Shown here: piece after piece, positions 53,957-64,000 of the stretch
Layout: each line of letters opens with the position of its first letter
Numbering within the stretch: the first letter of the stretch is position 1
DNA from: Antedon mediterranea
Lineage: Eukaryota > Animalia > Echinodermata
DNA length: 64,000 nucleotides
NCBI RefSeq assembly: GCF_964355755.1
Contig: NC_092679.1
Span: 20,939,432-21,003,431, forward strand
Reading direction: 5' to 3'
Notes under the pieces: model-generated
The model's database searches: none
The model's input: the letters and a program-made list of their open reading frames with translations, nothing else
What the model was told of the DNA's origin: nothing
Position numbers and translations under genes: made by a program

Positions 53957-55173
53957 CGATGTATTGTCCCCCAAAAACATGAAAAAGGGAAGATTACTAA
54001 AACTCAGAAGGCCTTTTCACACAGAACTTCGGCAATATTGCGGTAAGCAAGCCGGCGTTATTGCCGGTCTAAACCCATTCACACAGAAGGTAATATTACG
54101 GTAATTTTACCGTCTTCTGTGTGAAAGGCCACAGTGGAAAGGCGCAATATTTAAAGATTACTGTCTTCATAAAATAGAGGTCGCACTTTTTGAGAAAAGA
54201 AAATGGCGGGCACCTGCACAAAACATGCCATGCGCGCACATGTTTGCTGATGTTGTTTTGTGTGTCCGTCGTTTAGTTTTTTTATTTACGATGCATAAAA
54301 TCTATATTTTTGCCCAACACCACTCCGTGCTAATAACTGCCCGATCGTGATGGCCATTCTACAGAAACAAAATCTATTAGGCCTACAAATAGACGCGAAT
54401 TTAATTATCAGAAGCGGTTATGAGCTAGCACCGGGAGCGCGCACCGGAGGATGTTCCTGCTAGAACTATGCTAACTAGGGCCTAGGCTTACGTACGTTAC
54501 AGCAAGTATAATCTTTGGACCAACATCTGTTATATTTTTATTATTATTGGCCGTATTCTTCCATTGTATTATTTACAAACTAACCTAAAAATATATAATA
54601 TAATGGATATAATCTAATAATTTGGCCTAAAGTAATTGCCACAGTCTTTCTCAATCAAGGAAAATGTCCCCAATTTATCCTTGCTCAAAGAATATATATT
54701 CTTTGCCTTGCTTCACTGCGTAAGCAGGCGTTATATCGTGGACTCTTTCACACAGATCAGGCTTACGACCGTGACGGTAATATTACCGCAATTTTACTAG
54801 GTCCAGAGGCGGTCTAACGGAAGCCGGCATTAAGGGGTTTTTACCCTTTCACACATAAGCCGGCGTTCGCGAATTACCGCAATATTACCGTCTTACAGCT
54901 CTGTGTGAAAGGGGCTAGAGATTGAATACACCATTTTTTGAGTTTGAATAAAGTTAATGACTTCTAAAGAGAAACAAATTTGTTTTCACTTTATAAAAAA
55001 AAAAAGTAACAAAACCATTGGTTTTCATCCAATTTGACTATTTTTTCTGGTAAATAATTTTTTTTTTCAATCAAATTTTTGGTCAAAGTGAATAACTATA
55101 TGTGACATTAAAGTAGCATATTCAACAAAAATATTTAAACAAATATTTTTTCAGGTGTACAGGTACAATATCT
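53957..55173. mobile_element. Family B Kolobok-like MITE split by a nested insertion
   Basis: Left part GATGTATTGTCCCCCAAAAACATGAAAA; similarity to the 37212/18869 copies resumes at ~54920 and ends CAATATCT|TTAA. Confidence 0.7.
54009..54916. mobile_element. PIF/Harbinger-like non-autonomous element (908 bp)
   Basis: AGA|AGGCCTTTTCACACAGAAC ... GCTCTGTGTGAAAGGGGCT|AGA (3-bp TSD); repeated subterminal TTCACACAGA and CGGTAATATTACCG motifs. Confidence 0.82.
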
Positions 55174-58100
55174 TTAATTAAAATAAGCATTTTTTCAAAT
55201 AAAATGAAGACTTACTAAACTCTGGAGCATCAGAACCGTCGAGTGTCGGAGGTTGTCGTTGGCTAATACATTTATGCACCATGATTGTTTACCTCTGATA
55301 AAATACTTTTACACAAGTGTAGTCTTTGACTTCACAGAAACTTATAAGCACCGATAACCTCATCAAACGTATTAAGTACTGATCTAACAATGGGCTCTCT
55401 CAATTGTGACCAAATCAGAGCCAGTGAGAAGCCTTTTATTATTATGTTTTTTATCAGCCCAACAGATTATTATCAAACATATCAGGGTTTTTTGTGTCTT
55501 ACGTGTGGTAGATGATCAACCAATCAGAAGGATTCACTATGGTGGAAGTCAAAATTAAGTTGGTTTTACAAGGGAAGCGGTTTCCTCGAAATGCATCATC
55601 GAGCAACAATTCATTTTATGACTTCACACGGCATCAAACAGATCTAACACTTTCCTTTTAAAATATCTACCTTAAATATACTGTCTATATATATTAAATA
55701 TCTATGTTAAATATATATTTTATTCGATAGTTTTAATTTATCTTCTAAAATAATTTAACTGGATATATTATATGGATTCAACTATGAATTTAATTCAAAT
55801 ATAGATCTACTATAGATATTTGAAAATGGTTATTTTTCTCTGTATATTTATAAATTGAAATATACCAATCAATTAAATATCAAACTCTTTAAATCATTAT
55901 ATTTAATATACAAACATAATACCCTGTATTTTATTATATTATTTACCAAAGTGACAGTCTAACATACCTTTTTGATTACATATGGATATCACAATGAACG
56001 TCTAACTGATTGAAATGATTGCATGTACTTTTTTTTTTACTAAAATCCCAGACAAAGTAGATATCATTGTTGATGAAAAGGGTTGAGAAAGTACATGTTG
56101 ATGAAACGAAGTAACACATCTAATTGATACCCTAAAGGTTGATGGTTTTATATTCTATCAGAAGATGTATTTAATATATCAATGCATCCTTCTTAGTGTA
56201 ACTTGGGCTGGGATTCATACCTCAAGGCAAAGTCTGCATCATATGCCGTCAATTTCAAACAATAGCAGGGGGATTAAATACAGTAATTAATAAAATTAAT
56301 TATTAATTTGCATATTATATTAAGGTTCAGTAACATTTAGGTGAAAATACTCGCTTTAAAGGTATAATTATTCAATATGCTTTGACTTTAATGTTATTTT
56401 TCTTCATGAATAAATTTCGAACACCATAAAATCGTTACTGAAAATATACTGTATTGTAAAGACCAACAAATTGATTAAAAGTTTATATATTCCAGTTGTA
56501 GCTCTCTTCTGGGAGAGAATAGACCAATGTCGGTTTATCCAGGTAAGCTAGGCACGAAATAGACTAAAATTGTTTTCTAAATTTTTTGTTATTTTAATAT
56601 TGTTGCAATGCCAAACTACTGTACGAATATTTTGTTAAACTCTCATTATGTATGTAAACTTTCACATTTTCCTGGGAAAATAAAGAGATTGTTAATATTG
56701 TCAAAACATTCGTTGCCATTAGATTACAATTATCCTGTATATAGTATCCTCAATAGGTATTAATATTAACCTTTTAACCTAACTTCCAATTTTGTATTGC
56801 CAAATTTGAACCGGTATTGCAGTTCACAGGATGAACGATACAATAAACACTTTTCATTAAGGTTATCAAATTGATTTTAACTAGTATCATTTAACATTCC
56901 ATTGGCTACACAAAGCTAAAAAACTGTAACTATTTAATTATGCGTGAAAGACTAAAATTAAGGTAAAATATTACTGGGGTGTGAAGCTTACAAAAAGATA
57001 CAAATTCTCAACAATTGTAACCCGGTCGTGTGTTTGTTAATAATAATTGTTAGAACGGTACGATCAAAGGTGTTGCTACCGGTAACTACTAAAACCAGAG
57101 CGTGGCTTTGACGCCCAGAGGCTTTCTCTATTCATAGCAATAAGTTTTACTTGATTTTTTACTTGTGTATTTTTGACTTGTGTATTTGTAATAATAATGT
57201 AGACTAATAGATGTCGATTGTCATAGGATTTTCTTTGATCTGACCGTATCTAGGCCAAGCCAAGGATCCTAGATCAAGAATTATCAGCACGCTTTAAAAC
57301 TCAAAACACCTGTAATCTAAAACCCATTAATTCTCCATGATATTTTTACAGTTATTGGACAACCTACTTTGGCGATTTGCTATTAGTAAAATCAATAATT
57401 AAAAACGTTTTGAGCATATTTTAATCTGTATATTTGTTTTATAATTAATTTTAATATGAATAGACATATAATTACATATTTCAAACATTTTATATTTATC
57501 TTAAAATGTATTTGTATTTGTTAGTCCTGTTTTTATTTCTATAGATCCCTACCTGACAGTGATTTAGTTCACTTTTGGGGTGCCCTGTCTCATGTTCTGG
57601 CTGTTATTTATTATGTTTGTATATTTTATTGTTTTTTTTATTGTTTTGAGACGATTGAATTAAATGAAAAAAAAAATGAAAATAAAGAAGAAAATGAAAA
57701 TGATTGTTAGAGACTAAACTAGAAAGGTTTATCTACTTTAAAATAATTATTCATTTTTTCTCTTGCTTTGTCTTTGAAATGATTCTTTCACAAAAAGTGT
57801 GACATAATTGAAATTTTATAAATGTCCTTAATTTTAAATTACAGCAACACCTTCATAATTAGACCTACTGTATTTGAGTAGTATGGTAGTTAGTACAAGA
57901 ATGTCATTGCCAGTTATAATTATTATCTTGCATTGTTATGCGTGATCTTATTAATGATTAAACAATTTGTTTTTGTTTTGATAGAATGTTATGCAACAAT
58001 CTTGTTATTTTGTGGGAGATGAACAAACACATCATTTTGCAGGTAAGGACTGAAATAAACAGTTTAATAAGGTATCACTGATACTGAATTCTGTCAACAA

Positions 58101-58583
58101 ATGTTTACCTTTACATTTTGATGCTAAATATTCCGCCCCCACCCCATGGGATTAAATAGCAAACTTACTTCCTTTAATATTTGTTTTACAAATTCATATT
58201 TGTATATATGTCAATACACTTTATACACAAAATGTTCATTAGAAAATTTGATTTATGATACAGAATTTACAAACACAACTGTAAATACTTTATTAAGGAA
58301 AGACAAAAAGATAAATATTTATGTTATCGCAGAAATCTAATATCGCATAAGCAAGGAGCGGCATACAAGACCCAGTAAACTTCCTGGTAGAGCAATCACA
58401 GAACTAATCACCATAATTAACAGGAGATTATTAACCCTTGTCATGTGTTATAAATCTTTTGTCAATAAATAGTTTATTATAAAAAATGTTTGGTTCGAGG
58501 ATTTTAGTGTTTACTGCTACACCAGTATTAGAAGCCTGTTCTTTCAAAATACACATAAAAAGTCTTGCATTTACCTAAGGGGA

Positions 58584-59060
58584 ATCACATGGACAGTGTA
58601 AATCATAGGGGACAGAGCCAACAATCACATGGAAAAATCATGCGGTGTAGGAGCTGACGATCACATGGGGCCCCTGTAGAAGAAGTGGACAACTGCATGG
58701 ACACTTTGTAAAATCATAGGGGAAGGAGGGGGATGATCACATGGACACTGTAAAATCATAGGGGAAGGAGGGGGATGATCACATGGACACTGTAAAATCA
58801 TAGGGGAAGGAGGGGGATGATCACATGGACACTGTAAAATCATAGGGGAAGGAGGGGGATGATCACATGGACACTGTAAAATCATAGGGGAGGAAGGGGT
58901 GATCACATAGACCCTTTGTAAAATCATAGAGGAAGGAGGACGATGATCACATAGACAATGAAAAATCATAGGGGAAGGAGGAGGATGATCACATGGACAG
59001 TGTAAAATCATAGGGGAAGGAGGGGATGATCACATGGACAGTGTAAATCATAGGGGACAG
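58584..59060. repeat. 42-bp minisatellite (~8 units)
   Basis: Unit GATCACATGGACACTGTAAAATCATAGGGGAAGGAGGGGGAT; explains the repetitive ORF 58661-59011. Confidence 0.92.
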
Positions 59061-59063
59061 AGC

Positions 59064-59238
59064 CAGGGAACATTTTCGCCAGTGTAGCGTAGCAAAAAGC
59101 TATACAAAACAACCTTATTGCTACACATTTTGAAAATTGTGTAGCAAAAAATACAATACAAAACTATGTTTCTCGACTTAAAAATCAGTTTGATTAGCAA
59201 TATTGCTAAACAAAATTTTTAAATGAAAATTTTCCCTG
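59064..59238. mobile_element. 175-bp MITE with 5-bp TSD
   Basis: AGAGC|CAGGGAACATTTTC ... GAAAATTTTCCCTG|AGAGC; an empty-site copy lies at 58608-58625. Confidence 0.85.
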
Positions 59239-59928
59239 AGAGCCAACAATCACATGGAAAAATCATGCGGTGTAGGAGCTGACGATCACATGGCCCCCTC
59301 TAGAATCTGAATTAAAAAACACTATAAGACAGACTACAGTAATTGCACATCGCAAGGGCAATGACTGAAACCCCTGAAAAGATGTATTAAGTCCGTGATT
59401 ATATGTGTATCTATGGTGTGTCATCATCATCTTCTTAAGATAAATGGTTTTGTCTCAACCCCTTCATATTTAGCTACACGCTGACGATAGCTAATGACTC
59501 GTCTTGAATAAAGAGCAAAATAAATTGATAAAGTCGCAATTCTTTTAATTTACTTGTCGCATTGACTTGAGATGAGATACTTCGTACCAACATATGAGAC
59601 ATGCAGTAGCAATTATTGTTTTAAAAAAAGTTTATTCAAAAGGGATTACCATAAAATGTTTGAACCAACTATTAATTTTCACTCACTTCTCTTATTCTCT
59701 AAATGTACAAGATCAGAAAATACTGTGCCCAGAAATAAAATACAGATTGTTGTTATCATGACCATATTATGGTATAATAGTTTTTCACGCCACTTCAAAT
59801 TATTATTATCGTCAGATGAGTGGCGTTTTTCGAATAAATATTTCTTGTTTAAACTTGGTATAGCATTATCTTTAAACATATCACATGAAAAAAAGAATAA
59901 AAGTATGGATGAAATTTTTTTTTTTTAC

Positions 59929-60094
59929 CTTTAAACATATCAATTAAATCTGGGTCTTTTTCTTCTGTGACCCCGGTAACTTCATCTTCATCCACCATGA
60001 TTGTCTCCTTCGACATGTTATAATCTTCAACCTCCTCTTTCATGATTTCGTCGGTTGCTTCTCGTTTTATTTGAATGTCCGCTGAAGTCATCAT
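59929..60094 (-). CDS. Upstream coding exon of the same zinc-finger gene (acidic N-terminus MMTSADIQIKRE...IDMFK)
   Basis: 55 codons + 1 nt ending AAAG|GTAAAA, a phase-1 donor that joins in frame to the terminal exon (G-H-P-N-L; 578 aa total). Preceded by an acceptor TTTTACGTTAG|CCG at 60097. Protein-like acidic composition with IKRE and MKEE SUMO-consensus motifs. Confidence 0.75.
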
Positions 60095-60491
60095 CGGCTA
60101 ACGTAAAAGATCAGAAGTAAACACACCTCTACAAAAAGAAGATAGCAATGATAAATATTATGCAAGAAATATGCAAAATGTTATAATTATTTAATCCCAC
60201 TATCAGTTAAATTGCCTGAGAAAGGTTTTTGTAAACATTATGATTCACAGTGTAAATTACACTACATTTACCAAAACAATACCATGACCTATCACCAAAA
60301 TGACTGAAATAAAACAAACCAATGTTATCAGTACAAATCGATAAAAAAATCCAAGTGTGTAAAACATTAATACACAATCATAATTTCTTATCTACCATTT
60401 TTTTTTACAGTTCAAAGTACAATATTTATGAATCTAACCTTTTATAGTATTGTTTTTTTTTTTAAAGATAAACTGTAGTATTTCAATCTAT

Positions 60492-61302
60492 GGGCCTGTT
60501 TCTGCTGCAACTGCTCAAAATATGGTATAAAAATACGGTATTTTTTATACCGTATTTTTTAGTACCCCGTTTCTGCTAACAATACTTCTTGGGTGGTCAT
60601 GTTAAATTTCATCTTTTTTACCCAAATTGCCATTCATTTATTTGATCGATAATTAAAAGTCGCAATAAAGGAAATTTTACGTCTCACTTTCAACAGCCTA
60701 GCCCTAGTGATAGAGATGTTGTGAGAGCACAGAAAACATCGTAATGGGGACAATTAATTCGTTCCCTCCCCGAGTTATTGTATTTTACAATGTTGTACTG
60801 CTTTCGCAGGCTCTTCAGCTTTGAGTTTACTTGCTTTGGAGACAAGTCTATTCCATACTCCTGCTTTATTTTTTTAGAAATGTCTTTATAAATGTGGTTG
60901 TCCCTTTTATTACCTTTTAGTTGGCCAGACATTTTAGCTTCCCCACACACATTTATTTAGTAAAACTGTGACGTCTTCGCTCCACATTTTCGCCGAATAT
61001 ATCTATACACGTGTGTAAAGCAGCTGACAGCGACAGAAAATAAAAACACGAATGTTGACCTTTTGTCATGTAAAAAAAAAATATGGTATTTTTTATTGGC
61101 AGCAGAAACGGGTACAAAAAATACGGTATAAATTTGTAAATACCGTATTTTATCCACAAATTTTGAGGGGAAAATACGGTATACAAAATGCGGTATATTT
61201 TTTATGAGCGCAGTTTCTGCTGCCAAAAATATACCGTATATATACGGTATTAAAAAAATACCGTATAATATACGGTATTTATTTGGCAGCAGAAACAGGG
61301 CC
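60492..61302. mobile_element. PIF/Harbinger deletion derivative (811 bp)
   Basis: TIRs GGGCCTGTTTCTGCTGC / GCAGCAGAAACAGGGCC, flanks TAT/AAT, many subterminal ATACGGTAT/ATACCGTAT repeats; contains a Myb/SANT-like fragment. Confidence 0.85.
60690..60987 (-). pseudogene. Frameshifted, truncated Myb/SANT-like (trihelix) DNA-binding ORF typical of Harbinger transposons
   Basis: MWSEDVTVLLNKCVWG, then a frameshift into GEAKMSGQLKGNKRDNHIYKDISKKIKQEYGIDLSPKQVNSKLKSLRKQY...SGRERINCPHYD. Confidence 0.8.
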
Positions 61303-62399
61303 AATGTATCAGAATGAAGGAATGTTTGACCTATGTATAAGCAATTATATAAATACTTATTAATCATATTTGAAAATACAATATAATTGTATATAATCAT
61401 GATAACATTTATTTTAAATAAATAAAAAATTAGTTTATTCAGTAGAGAAATAGTTGTATTTTTACATAGTTTATTAAAGAATATTACAATTAAATTATTA
61501 GACAAAAACAAATTAACTGTCAGTCCTATATTTCCACCAGATGTTGATATCGACAATAAGTAGTGTCCACAAGATATAGGGCATCTAGGCTAAACATAAG
61601 TAGACAAGCCACTGGCACAAAGCCTGCTGCTACGTCTTTCTACCAACAGAGGGTTTAAGCTGGTTATTAATGAGGCTTGAACAAACTAGGTTAAGACAGC
61701 AACCCACTTCAACAGCCAGTATAATAAGGATATTATGCTTGGACATTCAGTAATCATAATATATGATTGAAGTATATTCAGTTGTTTTAAAAAAAAATTA
61801 GCTGATTGTCTGTAGGCCACTGTATCTGAATTCTGTAATTACAGTGTCACATACAGTATGTATCACATGTGATGCCTGTATTATGGCCATAAACCTTGCA
61901 GGATTTAGCAATACCCCCAAACCTTTATGTGCCATACTGTATATGGCGATACACAGTATGTAACTGTACTAAACGAAATACTCTAATTTAACACTCAATG
62001 AAAAAAAGCTAAACTCAAGAATAAATGTCCATATTACTGTATACAGAAAAAGTGAACTTTAAAGTAAATTCAAAAGGGCTTTTTTTGAAAACAAATATTT
62101 CCACAAATAGTTACAAGAAGGATATAGTCAGAGTGTTTGAAGTGGAAAGCAATCCTGAAGTGGAAAGCAATCCTATATTGTGTTTGTTTTCTTTATTGAA
62201 TGGACTTTAAAGTTGATATTATGACAAGCCTAAAAGCTATTGTGATATATTGTAAGTTTAGTATTCTCTTTCACAAGTTGACATACGATATTAAGTAATT
62301 TAAATAGTCACAAAAGTGATACTGCACCCAGTCTAGCAAATATGTCATTAAATGTTGTTATGAATCATGAGAAAAAAAGCAAACAAAATTATAATTTAC

Positions 62400-62460
62400 C
62401 ATAAAGTGGTCTAGTGGTTAAAGTGTAAACAAGAAGTTTGATGTTCAAATCCAACCAGTA
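62400..62460 (+). mobile_element. Degenerate tRNA-like SINE head
   Basis: GTGGTCTAGTGGTTAA ... GTTCAAATCC (A and B boxes) with no intact cloverleaf. Confidence 0.4.
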
Positions 62461-63194
62461 TAGGTTTATATTATCTTCAATATAATAATCTACATGTTGG
62501 ACCTGATTTAAGTCTAACTAACTAAAGTACTTGATACAACAGCAGAGCAAATCAAGCCTGTAGCCAGAATTTTTACAGGGGGGTTCTTTTTTCCACAATT
62601 AGGGGAAAAGTGCAAACATAAGCAACTGAAGAAGAAATATTTAGACCTAGCCTATTAGATAAAAATAATTTGCCTGCTTGTTAGGTAAGATTGGTCAAAA
62701 AATTGTCGTTAGTACTGTTAATAGCCTAAGCCTATTTACTAGACTTTTCGCTGCTGGTCTCCAGTTTCTTCTTTCTTTCGAACCCTATGAATCCCTTTGG
62801 AGACAAGCTTAGAAATCTATCTTTAATTTTATCTATCTTGAATATTCATTTTTTGTGTAATTTATTTATTTTCTGTGAAACAGACACCATATCAAATTTA
62901 AACAGAGCATATTCAAGTTGTTTTTACTCCAGTCTTCATACACAATGATTTATTTTCATTTTATTCGTACAAGTTGCGTTATTTTGTTGTATTGTACCTA
63001 TCTGTGTTTTATTACTACTCCACCAATTTCATTTCATAATGTAATGTATTATGTTATACTTATAGTAAATATTAGTACAGCATTCAGGATCTGACACACT
63101 AACCTCTACCATACTAACCAGTTCATGGGTTTTAAGTACAAACTTTTTTTGTATGCATTATAAATAGAAATATCATAATATATGAATACTAAGG

Positions 63195-63314
63195 CACTAT
63201 CAAACTAGTTTTTTGAAAAAAGGTGTGATGTATGCCCAAATATGGTAGTGATATGACATCATCGTGTTCACATCATATTTTGTTGTAATGTAAAGTTTGA
63301 TAGACATTTAGCTT
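63195..63314. mobile_element. Family A MITE, degenerate
   Basis: CACTATCAAAC...GCCCAAATATGGTAGTGATATGACATCATC...GTTTGATAGAC. Confidence 0.65.
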
Positions 63315-64000
63315 TACGGTTTGACAAAAATATGAAACGATTTAAAAAAAAACTATTAAAAAAAAATGTCTGAAGGACTTCAAACGTAATTAATTGATGA
63401 ACAAAGTTCAATTATTATCAGTTACACTCGTCAACAGATGAGACAAAGAATTTGGTAAAGTATATGCAAATAAATTTTTGCCAAAATATAGTGGGAAGTT
63501 ACATAGGTTTAATAGGGAATAGGAGGGCTAATGGCATTGATAAAATACATGTATTTGTTTAGCTGTAGATAGACAGATTCAAGTTCTCCAACATCCCTTG
63601 CCCCACTTCCTACCCCTTGGGAAAAATTATAATGCAAAAGATATGACATTAGCACAATTTAATACTTTTTAGACCTTTCCCCCTCATCCTTATTTCAAAA
63701 TCGTGGATCTGGAAGAGTTGCCAAATTGTGCAATATAGATACTGATAGGGAGCCTGTACTTATAGACCTAGTAATTAATATAATAGCAACCCTATTGATG
63801 GGCTACCTGGCTACCAATTACTTCACCTTCCCACCATCTATCATATTAGCAAGAACAACTATTTGCCTGCGAAATTTCCAAAAATATAATTCATACTGGA
63901 TGGCCTAACTTGTACTTAAGCTAGTGGGTTTTCATTCCCAGAAACCTTTCATTTTAAAACCAAATCAGAAGATTGATAATCATGAATTCTTGAACCTTGA

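Noticed and set aside
58661-59011. 116-aa Cys/His/Pro repeat ORF resembling a metal-binding protein
   Set aside because: Translation of the 42-bp minisatellite; no splice or domain support.
60953-61556. 199-aa and 77-aa minus-strand ORFs
   Set aside because: Low-complexity I/F/Y/L composition running through transposon subterminal repeats and AT-rich flank.
62304-62320. 17-nt match to the 3' part of miR-153 (ATAGTCACAAAAGTGAT)
   Set aside because: The seed differs (TTAAATAG versus TTGCATAG) and no complementary arm for a hairpin is nearby.

Overview
AT-rich eukaryotic (metazoan invertebrate) genomic DNA, not prokaryotic; a Deu/Nin-domain-like SINE hints at a marine deuterostome or lophotrochozoan (inference). 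Only one host protein-coding gene is supported: a minus-strand Ikaros/Hunchback-family C2H2 zinc-finger gene. It has a 1.57 kb terminal exon carrying 8 fingers (43579-45149), a phase-matched upstream exon (59929-60097) and a probable ~3.1 kb 3' UTR; its 5' end probably lies further upstream, possibly beyond the window. The 14.8 kb intron holds further phase-compatible candidate first exons and a candidate microexon. The rest is non-coding, with many non-autonomous DNA transposons (PIF/Harbinger-, Kolobok-, piggyBac-, hAT-, Tc1/mariner- and P-like, assigned from TIR/TSD structure), tRNA-derived SINEs, LINE 3' remnants, minisatellites and candidate enhancer islands. Nearly all other ORFs in the track look spurious. 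I found no convincing wholly new biological system; the best leads are the isoform architecture of the zinc-finger gene and several unusual transposon structures.
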